Source: a virus (lineage: Duplodnaviria; Caudoviricetes). From it: DNA of 64,000 nt. The notes under the pieces are model-generated. The model had not been told where the DNA came from, made no database searches, and worked only from the letters and a program-made list of their open reading frames with translations. The stretch spans positions 32,438-96,437 of IMG/VR virus record IMGVR_UViG_3300006153_000386; one strand, written 5' to 3'. The position numbers and the translations under genes are program-made. Below, piece by piece: positions 19,546 through 30,415 of this stretch (its first letter is position 1; every line of letters starts with the position of its first letter).

Positions 19546-21401
19546 TACTGACGCACCTCCATTACACGATATCCGTATTTCTCCATATTTTTCATTACTA
19601 TTTTCATTTTGTTTACTAAAGCATTCTGAAATCTTTTGTCAGAAGATAAGTATCCTTCTGATAAATCAATATGTTCTTTTGTTAGATGCCACTCAGAATG
19701 ATCAATATATACTTGATCTATTTCCAATCGTAGAACGCCAATACAATTAAAAATTAACGCTGCTTTCCAAAAACCATTTTTACAATTATTTATCTTAAAT
19801 ACTAAATCAATGACATTATTGTATTTTTCTATAAAGTTATCAATTTTTTGTTTTGCAGATTCTATGACATCTAAAAATTTATCTTTATTAAGAGTAAGTT
19901 TCTCGCTATAAATCGTGCCATTATAAATTTCCAAATCGAAATATATACCATAATCTTGCTCATTATTGTAATTTTTCTTGTACCCAACACGAACTTTAGC
20001 ATCAATATTATTATAATTTTGTAAATCGGAAATAAGTGTTTGTGCTTCCTCCCCTTTTATATAATTCTCTAAAAAGTCTTTCTCAGCTCTATCCTGTAAT
20101 TCATATTGAATTTCCTGAGATAATAAATCAATATCAAGTTTTTCTATATATTGTCCTTCCAAGATTGGTTTAAGTTTATTATTTTCTGTTTGTCTTAAAA
20201 CAGTATAATAATTATTATTAAATCTGACCTTATATCCCTTATCTTCAAATCTTGACAATTCTTCTTCATAATTCAGTAGCAGTTTTTTATATTCAACAGT
20301 TTTATCAAATATATCTTTCAGTTCTGAAATTTTATTTTTTGGTATTTTTATTTCTTCAAGACTAAATATATTTCTCTTAAAAATTATCTTAGGATAGCCT
20401 GTGGACTTTTCAAAGTTCCAACCATTGTGCTTACATTTTAAATAAAAATCATTATATTTAATATGCTCAGTTTGAATATTCAACCTAATGCCAACTTCAT
20501 ATGTCCTCCCTTTATAATGCCTGACATCAAAATAAATATCCTCATCAAACGGAAGATTAATAGAGTTCCCGATATTATCTATTACCTTTTTATTAATCGT
20601 GTCCAATATATATTTCTTTAAATGAGAAACACATTGTTTTCTTTTTATAATCTCATAACATGAAACCATATCTTCATATGGCATAGCATCAATACATTTT
20701 AATATATCTTCTTTCGAACTGTTTTCAATAACCTTTTGCCAGAACCAGTCTAATTTTTTTATCCTTGCTTTATAATCAAGAACTTTTTGTCTTGTCAGTT
20801 CATTCTTTATCTTTGCAATTGTTGTAGCATATAAATCTTTCTTAATATATGTCTTTGAATAACAAATACCTTCATGGTACAAATATGTAAACTTTGGGAT
20901 GACGCTTTCATCAGTTTTGCACATGTATTCTCTTACATTAATTTCTATGACAGCGTTTCCAAGGTAACTCCATTTACAAAAATAATCATCACCAGTTTTT
21001 CTGTTGGAAAAGAAAATCTCGAAATAAATAGTTTCTCCAGAGGATGTGTATACTGTAATATCTGGTTTATATTTACCAAAAGGCGTATCCCATGGTATTT
21101 CAATGTCTATAGAATCGACTTCAAACAAATTGTCATCTATATAAAATTTACTTCCCTTTTCAAACAGCCAATTTTTACAAAAAAAATGTAATTGGCTCTC
21201 TTTCGTACATTTCCCTGTTACATGATAATAATGCGATTGCTCTTTTGTACTATCTAAAGCTCTTGGCTTTACAATCCCTCCACAGCACGGACAATAATAA
21301 TTCATATTTTGCTTTGATTTTTTAACATGAATAAGATTGGCAAATTCATCATTGTCATCATAGGCAACAATCAGTTGCGGCAAATATTCAAAAACATCCA
21401 T
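19545..21401 (-). CDS. CoiA-like Zn-finger / PD-(D/E)xK nuclease
   Basis: YYCPCCG...HYYH...ESQLH...KPDI...YFEI. Confidence 0.6.
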   Translation of the reverse strand: MDVFEYLPQLIVAYDDNDEFANLIHVKKSKQNMNYYCPCCGGIVKPRALDSTKEQSHYYHVTGKCTKESQLHFFCKNWLFEKGSKFYIDDNLFEVDSIDIEIPWDTPFGKYKPDITVYTSSGETIYFEIFFSNRKTGDDYFCKWSYLGNAVIEINVREYMCKTDESVIPKFTYLYHEGICYSKTYIKKDLYATTIAKIKNELTRQKVLDYKARIKKLDWFWQKVIENSSKEDILKCIDAMPYEDMVSCYEIIKRKQCVSHLKKYILDTINKKVIDNIGNSINLPFDEDIYFDVRHYKGRTYEVGIRLNIQTEHIKYNDFYLKCKHNGWNFEKSTGYPKIIFKRNIFSLEEIKIPKNKISELKDIFDKTVEYKKLLLNYEEELSRFEDKGYKVRFNNNYYTVLRQTENNKLKPILEGQYIEKLDIDLLSQEIQYELQDRAEKDFLENYIKGEEAQTLISDLQNYNNIDAKVRVGYKKNYNNEQDYGIYFDLEIYNGTIYSEKLTLNKDKFLDVIESAKQKIDNFIEKYNNVIDLVFKINNCKNGFWKAALIFNCIGVLRLEIDQVYIDHSEWHLTKEHIDLSEGYLSSDKRFQNALVNKMKIVMKNMEKYGYRVMEVRQ

Positions 21402-21590
21402 ATAGATCCTCCTCGTATAATAATAAGTTTTATATTTATTACTTCTCTATCACATCATTAAAATTTCTATTTAATCCACCAATTCCAATTTTTCTTATCA
21501 ATAAACCACTCGCTATTCCACCAACATATATAAATACATTGTGGTAGATTATGTATTATTGGAATAATCCATTTTGGTTTCATCATGACT

Positions 21591-21791
21591 TTATTCTCCC
21601 ATAGTCTTAATATCAAATCCTAGCCACTCTAATAAATCCCTCATACCATGAAAACATTCATAGTGACGATACTCGCCGTCCAAGTTTTTAATATATTCTT
21701 CTCCATCGTAAATTCCATCACCACAAGAAGAACAGTAGTGTAATGTTTTTCTAGGTGTGTAATTTGGGCACATGGAATGACAAGGATTCAT
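21591..21791 (-). CDS. Small Cys-rich (Zn-finger) protein
   Basis: CxxC and HxxC motifs. Confidence 0.5.
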   Translation of the reverse strand: MNPCHSMCPNYTPRKTLHYCSSCGDGIYDGEEYIKNLDGEYRHYECFHGMRDLLEWLGFDIKTMGE

Positions 21792-21808
21792 TTTACATAT
21801 CTCACAGA

Positions 21809-22243
21809 TTAAGCAACACCTCCCACACCATATTTCTCTATTCTTTCATATACATATCCGCCATTTGTTGTGTAGTAAATATCTTTGATGCCTAAATCTT
21901 TTATAGCTGCCATGCAGGAAGGGCATGGATGAGACAATCCAAATGGCTGATCCTTGCGAATTCTATATATGTATAATTTCACTTTTGAAAAGTTAATATC
22001 TAAATTTCTGATAGAATTTATACAGTTAATTTCTGCGTGTAGCTTTGGTAACATAGTATCTGATGGTTTACGGTATCTATTATATTTCTTCTGTATTGGA
22101 TGGGTTTTATTACAGTTGCAACCGATGCCAATAATACTACCTTGATAAACAGCTACACATCCAATATGAGTCTTATAATAATCAGATATTGTAGCTGTCT
22201 GCCTTGCCTTATCAAAATATCTGTAATCACTCTTTGTCAGCAT
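21809..22243 (-). CDS. Cytidine/dCMP-type zinc deaminase
   Basis: HAE ... PCPSC motif. Confidence 0.8.
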   Translation of the reverse strand: MLTKSDYRYFDKARQTATISDYYKTHIGCVAVYQGSIIGIGCNCNKTHPIQKKYNRYRKPSDTMLPKLHAEINCINSIRNLDINFSKVKLYIYRIRKDQPFGLSHPCPSCMAAIKDLGIKDIYYTTNGGYVYERIEKYGVGGVA

Positions 22244-22678
22244 TTATCCTGCCAGTCTTTCCTGTTCAAATAACTCATTACCACGATCAAAACACGCAAG
22301 TTCATATTCGTATCTTTCTACAAAGTAATCAAAATATTTTTTGCCGTTTCCCTTATCGGTGACAGTGGCACAATGATGTACAATTCGGCAGATATTCTCT
22401 ATAATGGATTCTCTAGTTCCTGATATGTATTGTGTATCAACCTTCTTAGAAGATAACTTCATCCGATCCTCCAAATCGGTACGATTTAACCACATAGAAA
22501 GAGCATATTTATCTTCATGTTTATCAAAGTGATACGCACATTCAACAATATAGTTCTCATATCCAAAATCAGATAATTCAATCGTAATTGTGTTGCCTTT
22601 AAATTGGGGTTGCATCAGTTCTTTTAAGCTTCTCTTCATTAACATTTTTAAACATCCTCCATATTTTAAGTTGTACAT
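22244..22678 (-). CDS. Hypothetical protein
   Basis: ORF in operon, GGAGG RBS. Confidence 0.55.
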   Translation of the reverse strand: MYNLKYGGCLKMLMKRSLKELMQPQFKGNTITIELSDFGYENYIVECAYHFDKHEDKYALSMWLNRTDLEDRMKLSSKKVDTQYISGTRESIIENICRIVHHCATVTDKGNGKKYFDYFVERYEYELACFDRGNELFEQERLAG

Positions 22679-22783
22679 TAGATTTTTTAGTATAAAATTT
22701 CACAGTCGATAATTTTATCAATAAGTACATTAGAATTTTCTACGCTAATGTACACCATTTGATTTCTGACAAATAACGGTATC

Positions 22784-23161
22784 TCAGTTGTGTTTACTTG
22801 CTTGGTATTTCCTCATTCGCTCACCAGCAGCAATTTTCTGTTCTTCAGATAGTTCTCTTTTCTTTGCTCTGAAACTGATCAGAGTCTTATCTTCAACACG
22901 ATATGTTTTTCCTCTACCTGTATCTGCGATAAGAGAGTACATATCTGGACTTGTCTTGCATAGTTTATCTAACTTTGTCATATATGTAGTATCAGAAGTA
23001 TAGATTGTGGCATAATCTTCATCTCTCATAAAATTGATACATACTTCCTGTTCTGAAATTGTAACTGAGTTTGACAGTTTTGGCTCTTCAATAGTTATTT
23101 CTTCATTTTCATCAATATTTATGTATCCAGATTTATTTGCCATAATTTTTATTCCTTTCAA
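22784..23161 (-). CDS. Hypothetical protein
   Basis: ORF in operon. Confidence 0.55.
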   Translation of the reverse strand: MKGIKIMANKSGYINIDENEEITIEEPKLSNSVTISEQEVCINFMRDEDYATIYTSDTTYMTKLDKLCKTSPDMYSLIADTGRGKTYRVEDKTLISFRAKKRELSEEQKIAAGERMRKYQASKHN

Positions 23162-23351
23162 TACCTTCTCGATTTTTCTTCCAAAGTTTTTCTTCTCTTT
23201 GCTTATCTGCTTCTATACGACTTGCTATTTGAGATCCGTTTGTATTATCTTTTCCTCTATAATCTGTATTGAAATCGGAAGGGTAAATTAGTCCTCCAAA
23301 TTTTGTGTGATCTACTTCATAAATTCCATATCTGTTAGTTGTTCCTGTCAT
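23133..23351 (-). CDS. Hypothetical protein
   Basis: ORF with AAGGAG upstream. Confidence 0.5.
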   Translation of the reverse strand: MTGTTNRYGIYEVDHTKFGGLIYPSDFNTDYRGKDNTNGSQIASRIEADKQREEKLWKKNREGIERNKNYGK

Positions 23352-23465
23352 TAGTTACTGTGATTTCTCCTTTTCTGTTTGATAAAATTTTTAATGTAAT
23401 ATGCATGATGATTCTCCTTTTGATTAAAATATTTGTGTTAACATTGTGATATCTACAATATATTT

Positions 23466-24272
23466 CTACATTTTCTTTTGTGATTCTTCTAAAATATCAA
23501 GCTGTTTTTGAATTTCTATTTTGTAATCATAAGCATAATCTATTATCTGATTTCCATTTTCATCTTTTACAAAATGTCTATAATCAGCAAACGCCTTTGG
23601 AGTAGTAAGAAATCCATATTTATCATCCTGCTTTTTATATCTGATCCGTTTACCTTCTTGAAACTTGATAATATCCATAACATCTAACATTTCTACAATC
23701 CGAGATATGTAACGTTCAGATAATCCGATATCCTCTGTAATTTTTTGATACAGTCGGTAACAGCATAATGGTTTATCTGGATTACGATTCATATTTACAC
23801 GAAGATAGGAGAGGAGTAATAGGATATAAGAAGATGACATTCTGGTTACATCAATTATTTCTCCATTTACTTTGATATCTTTTAGTTCTTCTTTGAAATT
23901 CAAAATCTTTCCTAATTCGTCAAAGTAGATAATTCCAAAATTATCAGGTATATCAAATTTTTCTGTGTTGATTTGGATATTGTAATAATCTGTAGAATTT
24001 TTCTTCTCTTTTGCTAACTTCTCAAAATCAGGATAAGATTTAAAATAATCATAGTGGGAGAGTAGTGATAATATTTCCAGATATTTATGATTTATCTTTC
24101 CATCATGATAGTTTGGTTTTAGATGTGACCAGTGGCACAGCTCCGAAATACTGAATGCCACTGTATCATCTAAGGCTCTACGAGAACACAGGTAGGAGAA
24201 TATGATTACCCGCTTATCACCAAGTTCTTTATTGTAGATTATTTCTCGTGGTATCTTTACATAGTTAGGCAA
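23466..24272 (-). CDS. Winged-HTH protein, putative replication initiator-like
   Basis: N-terminal YVKIP; HTH YQKITEDIGLSERYISRIVEML; similar layout to 24582..25457. Confidence 0.5.
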   Translation of the reverse strand: MPNYVKIPREIIYNKELGDKRVIIFSYLCSRRALDDTVAFSISELCHWSHLKPNYHDGKINHKYLEILSLLSHYDYFKSYPDFEKLAKEKKNSTDYYNIQINTEKFDIPDNFGIIYFDELGKILNFKEELKDIKVNGEIIDVTRMSSSYILLLLSYLRVNMNRNPDKPLCCYRLYQKITEDIGLSERYISRIVEMLDVMDIIKFQEGKRIRYKKQDDKYGFLTTPKAFADYRHFVKDENGNQIIDYAYDYKIEIQKQLDILEESQKKM

Positions 24273-24284
24273 GTTATCACCTGC

Positions 24285-24473
24285 CTATGCTACAAACAAT
24301 TCACAAGCGATCTTTAACAATATATCTCCATCACCAGCTTCTTTAACTAAATACATAATTCTACTTGGCTTATCATATTTATAATTAGGATGTTCCTGTA
24401 AAAACTTTTCAGTCCATAAATCATATTTTTTTAGCCAATCTTTGTGGTCATCTTCATATCGCTTATAAATCAT
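24285..24473 (-). CDS. Hypothetical protein (frame probably extends upstream)
   Basis: ORF between the two wHTH genes. Confidence 0.4.
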   Translation of the reverse strand: MIYKRYEDDHKDWLKKYDLWTEKFLQEHPNYKYDKPSRIMYLVKEAGDGDILLKIACELFVA

Positions 24474-24581
24474 TCTCCACTTATTTTTGTCATACTTATC
24501 ACCAACTCCACAAATTTGACCAATTTCTTTTTGAAAGTTTTTAATTTCAACTTCAGATAAATGCTGTTTTGATTCATTAAA

Positions 24582-25457
24582 CTATTTTTCCTTTCTTTCA
24601 TATCTGTAATTTCCGCTTTTAGATGGATAAAATTCGTCCACTTTATATAATTCCAACATTTTACTTAAAGCCCATTCTATTTCCTGTTGATATCCCTCCT
24701 TATTCAATACATATATATTTGGTACATTTTTTGGTGGTTTTGATTTGTCTGGTTGTACACTACCTACTTCTCTTTTTATTAGGAGAGCAGGTGTGCTATC
24801 AAATGATTTAGTTAAATATTCTATACATTGATTAATAGTATCTTTTGACATAGATAATTCTTCAGCCATATGTTTAATACTTCTATAAAATGCTTCTGGA
24901 TTATCTTTGGCATTTTCATATTCGGATCCATCATTTTGTCTAAGACGACAGCCTATGTATGAATTAATGTAAAGAAAAGCTACAAGTATATTTTCTCTAT
25001 TCAAAGAGCTATCAGCCATCATAATTGTGTCAAACTGAGAAGATGTAAGTTTTGCAAATTTTTCTGTTGAATCAAAATTTTTTGGGATAATTTTTATCTC
25101 AATACCAGTATCATAAGATAATGAATCTAAATCTTGTTTTACTTCAATCATTTGATTATTTATCATATATTCCAAGACATCTAATATTTCTTTAAATGCT
25201 TTTGGCTTATTTCTGTGTGTTTTATATCCATAAAAATCCAATACTTTACGGATGGTAATCCAACTGTAATCCTCATATGAGCGATATTTGTCAATGAGAA
25301 TATAAGTGATATAAAATTTTCTGCTTACTCCAAATTTTGTTTTAATATTTCCTTGAATATATTCATTAGGAAATCTTGTAAAATATTCTTTCTTTGTTTT
25401 GTTATTGATAATGTATTCTCCTTTCTGCGAGAGTTCAGTAAACGTGAAAAAATGCAC
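24582..25457 (-). CDS. Winged-HTH protein, putative replication initiator-like (likely start about 25412)
   Basis: FTRFPN; HTH SIKHMAEELSMSKDTINQCIEYL; PNIY wing. Confidence 0.5.
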   Translation of the reverse strand: MHFFTFTELSQKGEYIINNKTKKEYFTRFPNEYIQGNIKTKFGVSRKFYITYILIDKYRSYEDYSWITIRKVLDFYGYKTHRNKPKAFKEILDVLEYMINNQMIEVKQDLDSLSYDTGIEIKIIPKNFDSTEKFAKLTSSQFDTIMMADSSLNRENILVAFLYINSYIGCRLRQNDGSEYENAKDNPEAFYRSIKHMAEELSMSKDTINQCIEYLTKSFDSTPALLIKREVGSVQPDKSKPPKNVPNIYVLNKEGYQQEIEWALSKMLELYKVDEFYPSKSGNYRYERKEK

Positions 25458-25725
25458 ATAATTTTTTTTAAAGTCTTATTTTCCATGTGCAAAAATACAC
25501 ATAAACTGAACAGAATTAAAATATAACCTTATTAATAAAGACAGACATATTCGTGATTGTTTGCCTAACGCAAAAATCACTCTCTTAAAAACTTTTTGAT
25601 TGTTGATGGTTAATGCTATAAGTGTAGAACTGATATAAAATATATTTCTCTTTCTGAAATCACTGTTTATAGTGAAATCTATTAGTAGTAAAATAATTCT
25701 TAAAAATGTAAGGTGGTTATATATC

Positions 25726-26268
25726 ATGGAATTATCTACTTCTGACTTGATTCAATTAATTGGTATTATGGTTGCAATTATTACTGGAATAACTTCAATT
25801 GCTATTTCTATAATTACTTTGCGACAAAATTCAAAAATGGTTAAAGAAAGCAATAAGGCTCAAATTGAAATATTTCCTTATAAAGTGTATGGTGATATAT
25901 ATCCTAAAATCCGTATTCAAAACTTTGGTCAAACAACAGGAATTATAATTAATGTAAAAACTATTCCTGAAATGCCAGTAGAGCAAATGGTTATTAATCC
26001 ATTTGATTTTTATAAGGATTTATCGCTTGCTCCAAACCAATCTTTTACCACAACATTCTGTAAAAAGGATTCAAATGATCCAGATGTTCCTGTTGAAGTA
26101 TTTGACGTAATACTTACATATAAAACCTTAGATAATATTGTAAAATCTACATTTCATATAAATTACAATTTCTTAAATGGTTACACAGAAACTAAATCAT
26201 CATCCAAGACAACAGAAAGTGCACTTGATAAAATCAATCAAAGTATTCAAGGACTTCAGCAAAAATAG
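25726..26268 (+). CDS. Membrane-anchored hypothetical protein (moron-like)
   Basis: N-terminal TM segment LIQLIGIMVAIITGITSIAISIITL; opposite strand to neighbours. Confidence 0.65.
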   Translation: MELSTSDLIQLIGIMVAIITGITSIAISIITLRQNSKMVKESNKAQIEIFPYKVYGDIYPKIRIQNFGQTTGIIINVKTIPEMPVEQMVINPFDFYKDLSLAPNQSFTTTFCKKDSNDPDVPVEVFDVILTYKTLDNIVKSTFHINYNFLNGYTETKSSSKTTESALDKINQSIQGLQQK

Positions 26269-26422
26269 CTGTTAAATCCTTTTTAATTTCTGCTTTGTCA
26301 GCTTTAAAGGCATCTATATCTATGGTTACACTGATTCCATGAGATATTGTTTCACCTTTACCATTTTTGATGGTTGGTTTTTCAAATGAAAATTTCTGAG
26401 GTATGATATTCAATTTTGTCAT
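26234..26422 (-). CDS. Hypothetical protein
   Basis: ORF with GAAGGAG RBS. Confidence 0.5.
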   Translation of the reverse strand: MTKLNIIPQKFSFEKPTIKNGKGETISHGISVTIDIDAFKADKAEIKKDLTAIFAEVLEYFD

Positions 26423-27782
26423 AATATATTTATCTCCTTCATTCTTAATTTGGTATTGATATGTGTTCTTCTTATTACTTCTACATTCCGATGTGAAATA
26501 ACTTATAAGTTTTCAAGTTATATTTGTTGGTAGTAGGGTAGTAGATATCTGATAAATCCTAAATAATGTAAAATATACCCCATTATCTAAATACTGTTTG
26601 AGGAAAATGATTTTTTATATTGGGATGGATATTTACTATTTCTCCATTTAATTGCTTTTTACATAAAAATAAGACAGATGAGAAATCGTCTGTCTTAGTA
26701 GAAAATAATATTTTGCATCGTAATCATCAGATTGTGAGTATGTAGGATTCTGAAAATCATATAATTTGATTTTTGCATTTGTATGGCTTCTTGATCTGAA
26801 TTGGCAAATACACATATCCAATCCCATTTTTTTTCAGTTCTGTGGTCAATTTGTATCTGGTATTTGTTCATTAATATAACCTCCGTTTGTGTTTGTGTGA
26901 ATCAATTGGTACAAGAATATATTCTCTTTCTGGTTGGAAATATTATTGAAAAATGAGGTGATGTGTATGAGATTAATTTATGAGTTCGGTGGGAGAGTAG
27001 TTTTGATGGAACAATAGAATGTAAAAGTATTGATTTTACAGGATATTTTAAGATTTTGATGAATGATTTTTAAGTGTGATTTTGTATATGATTTCTTTTC
27101 TTGAGTGCAATTTTAGAGTAAGTTCGGAATAATGCTTATTTTTCAAGGGTTTTGGAAGATTTTTGTATTGAATTTTGTGGTTTGGGGAGTAGATTTGAAT
27201 TGTCAGAAAATTTATTTTGTATTGATTTATAAGAATTTTGAGAAATGACACCGAATAGTATTCCGAATTGTTTTTGTGAATTGTTTATGTTTCGGACACA
27301 ATTTTTAGGGGTGATGTATGGTTGGAATAGATAGGTGGTTTCTGGAGGAAAATAATCTTTTTTAAAATGTAAACCTACCCCTTATACATATAATCCGTTA
27401 ATAAAACCGCTTATTTCCTGTATTTTTCAGTTGCAGTTTTTGGTGATTCATAACTTTTTTGTTTGCTCTAATTTGACTATTTCTATAACTTAATACAAAC
27501 GTATGTATTATATTAATCTGTATAAATTAATATGATTAAACATCAATACTGTATTATTCGAATAATACAATTTGTTCGGTACAAATATCAAGTTTGTTTA
27601 CTATAACTAAACAATTAGTTTGTATATTCTATACAAATCATACCTGAAAAATAAAAATGAAATCACCAATACTATACTTTTTGTTTAATAAAACTAAACA
27701 ACATTTATTCTCATATTTCTATCAATCAATGCTCACACATATTCGTTGAAACTCTTATATCCTTTTCCGGTGAACCATTTTT

Positions 27783-27986
27783 CTATTGATTCTCTTTTAT
27801 ATATCCATCTCTTTCCAACTTTTCCACAATAGCGGTAGTAGTCCATCTATTCCGGTTCATTACACTATCAACCATAGCTTTTTCAACAACCTCATAAATT
27901 GACTTCTGATATTTTACAGTGTATGCAACCATGTTTTCTTTATCGTATTTATCATTAGCTTTTCTTTTCGCTTCATTGTAAGCCAT
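27783..27986 (-). CDS. Ribbon-helix-helix / Arc-like regulator
   Basis: MAYNEAKRKANDKYDKEN..., same family as 39475 and 40607 ORFs. Confidence 0.65.
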   Translation of the reverse strand: MAYNEAKRKANDKYDKENMVAYTVKYQKSIYEVVEKAMVDSVMNRNRWTTTAIVEKLERDGYIKENQ

Positions 27987-28280
27987 CTATAAAAATACCT
28001 CCACAAGCCCATATTTTCGATTTTAAGGCACGTTATACGTGTTTATATATAAATGTATCATACAACAATTTTTCTGTCAATCTGGGCAAAATACAACACT
28101 ATTTTACCATGATTCATATTGTGCAATATGTATAAAAAACAACATTAAAATTTATGCAAAAATAAAGTTAAAATACACGTATTCCGTGAAAAAATAGGTG
28201 CTTGCATTAGATTACATTTTGAAGATGGTAAAACAGCTACGTTTTCTAAAAAGTCAAAATTAGATTATGAAGTATTATAA

Positions 28281-28339
28281 ATCCCCTGATGAGCAACGGT
28301 GAGAGCCGACGAAACTACCCAAACAAGGGTAGTCGGGAT
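28281..28339 (+). ncRNA. Type I hammerhead ribozyme
   Basis: Stem I ATCCC/GGGAT; core CTGATGA; stem II containing CGGT-GAGA-GCCG; GAAA; stem III ACTACCC/GGGTAGT; GTC cleavage triplet ending at 28334. Confidence 0.9.
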
Positions 28340-28470
28340 AGTAACACGATCCTACACAAAGCACCACAAGCACATTGATAATTTAATAGACTTTGCATCT
28401 AAGTTGTGATATACTATCTATATAACAGTATCAGCAATATATACAATCACAACGAAAAGGCGGTGATAAT

Positions 28471-28731
28471 ATGTCATTATCCAACGATGATTTAAAAGCG
28501 ATTGAATCAATGTTAGAACCGATAAAGCGAGACATAAGAAGTATACAGTTGACGCTTGAAAACGAGACTAACCGCAATATTAAGATTATTGCCGAAGGAC
28601 ACCTTGATTTAAGTCGTAAACTCAATGACGCTTTAAAGGTTGACAATGAAAAAGAAATGCTTTTAATCCGTGTCAATACACTTGAAAATGAATTGCGCAG
28701 AATAAAAGAACGTATTGAACACATAGCATAA
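28471..28731 (+). CDS. Coiled-coil hypothetical protein with own promoter and terminator
   Basis: RBS AAGGCGGTG; TTGCAT / TGATATACT upstream. Confidence 0.7.
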   Translation: MSLSNDDLKAIESMLEPIKRDIRSIQLTLENETNRNIKIIAEGHLDLSRKLNDALKVDNEKEMLLIRVNTLENELRRIKERIEHIA

Positions 28732-28761
28732 GCAGCTACATAATAAAATATCACAATCCAC

Positions 28762-28802
28762 GGTGTAAAGTCTATTGAATTATTAAGGCTTTACACCTTT
28801 TT
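28762..28802 (+). terminator. Intrinsic terminator
   Basis: GGTGTAAAG...CTTTACACC followed by T-run. Confidence 0.75.
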
Positions 28803-28821
28803 AACTTATGTATCAATAAAA

Positions 28822-29034
28822 TTAAAATTCTCTATAAGCAATGCAATTTGATGAACCAGTGCATTTTGATATTTTCTTATTATATGTACAAGTTTTATTT
28901 GACTTGTCATAAAAAATACATCGTCTTTTATCTGGTCTATCTGTTTTTCTTTGATATGGTATATTTTCAATATGCCATCCTTGAACACCTTCCAATAATG
29001 CGCTTGCTTTATCAATATCTTTATGTTTTGCCAT
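28822..29034 (-). CDS. Small Cys-containing hypothetical protein
   Basis: ORF with AAGG RBS. Confidence 0.45.
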   Translation of the reverse strand: MAKHKDIDKASALLEGVQGWHIENIPYQRKTDRPDKRRCIFYDKSNKTCTYNKKISKCTGSSNCIAYREF

Positions 29035-29070
29035 ATGATCACAACCTTTCTTTTGTTACGTTTGATAATA

Positions 29071-29268
29071 TTACAATGGTTTTATAGCATAGTCGATTTT
29101 GTAGCCAATTACTGACAAAATACGGTTAGCGTCATCAATATTAAAGTTTTTCTTCCTGAATAATTGATATAACGCTTGTCGTGATATATCCAATTTATCA
29201 GCAATAAAATTATATTTAATTCCTTTATTATTTATAAAATCATCAACAAGTATTGCTAATTCGTTCAT
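29071..29268 (-). CDS. XRE/Cro HTH regulator (paralog 1)
   Basis: IADKLDISRQAL...KKNFNIDDANRILSVIGY. Confidence 0.8.
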   Translation of the reverse strand: MNELAILVDDFINNKGIKYNFIADKLDISRQALYQLFRKKNFNIDDANRILSVIGYKIDYAIKPL

Positions 29269-29466
29269 GAATAATACACCTTCTTTCTTTGAAGAAATAG
29301 CATATCAGAAAAAGTATCTACTTGCAAAACTGCAATCCCTTGGAGTACCAACTGAAGAAATAGTTAAACATTAATAATTAAATTCAATCAAAAATAAAGA
29401 GTGTAAATCCTATTGAGTTTTCAAAAAGGGTTACACTCTTTATTAGTACCTTGAAAAGTCAATACT

Positions 29467-29736
29467 TTATTCCGGTTTATGATCTGCTTGATTGTCTGGG
29501 ATATGCTCCATTATATCTCCAGGCTGACAATGTAATTCATTACATATTTTGTCTATAACTTCCATACTGACATATTCATGTTTGGACAGTTTGGCAATAG
29601 TGGCAGACGATATATTTATACGTTGTCGAAATTCTTCCTTGCCTATTTCACGGCGGTTAAGTAAATCTAATAATCTATAATATTTAATCATTATATCACG
29701 TCCTTTATTGTTTGGTAATTGATTATAGCATATCAT
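29467..29736 (-). CDS. XRE HTH regulator (HTH_26-like)
   Basis: ISSATIAKLSK...IDKICNELHCQPGDIME. Confidence 0.85.
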   Translation of the reverse strand: MICYNQLPNNKGRDIMIKYYRLLDLLNRREIGKEEFRQRINISSATIAKLSKHEYVSMEVIDKICNELHCQPGDIMEHIPDNQADHKPE

Positions 29737-29866
29737 AAAAGAAAAGTAAATAAATCTTTAAAAATATGAATAAAAAAGTATTGACAAGCAAAGATGAATT
29801 TGATACAATATCTTTAGAAAGTTAAAGATAAAACAAATAAAAATAAAGAAAGGAGACAACCACAAA

Positions 29867-30127
29867 ATGAAAAAATCAAAAAAGCAGTCACGCAAGAAAA
29901 CAATCATTTATTTTCTGGACAGGGCAAAATACTACAACAACGCTGGTAAATACGATAAAGCCGTTGAAAAAATCAAAATTGCATATTCGCTCTGGGAAGG
30001 TTACAAGAATTGGGAATCTAAGAAAGCTCAAAAGATGTTAGACAAGATCATAGATGCAAGAGAGATAGTAATACATAATTACTTGACAGTAGAAGAAAGA
30101 AAAATTCGTGCAATAATAGGAGATTAA
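29867..30127 (+). CDS. Hypothetical basic protein
   Basis: Promoter TTGACA 29780 / TGATACAAT; RBS AAGGAG. Confidence 0.6.
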   Translation: MKKSKKQSRKKTIIYFLDRAKYYNNAGKYDKAVEKIKIAYSLWEGYKNWESKKAQKMLDKIIDAREIVIHNYLTVEERKIRAIIGD

Positions 30128-30415
30128 AGCATTCAGGCAAGCGGTAAAGCCGTGGGATTCAATTCTAACTTGCCATTTGGTAGAAATACCGAAAAAGAAA
30201 AGTCCAGTGTTACCAGCACCAGACTTTTCAGGGAAAACAAGTAAATGTTTCCTCACTTCTAAACAATTTGAGGTTATCACATTTTCTTGTATCTGTCAAT
30301 CGGCAGATCAATTTCCCAAAAATAGAAGTAAGGATTGTACCTTGACAACTGAAGAAATGGGTATAATAGAGTGTAGCAAAATGTATCTGATTTTGGTATA
30401 CTATATGTATCAAAG

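Noticed and set aside
27048-27251. Minus-strand 67-aa ORF in the skewed region
   Set aside because: Low-complexity product of strand skew; no RBS
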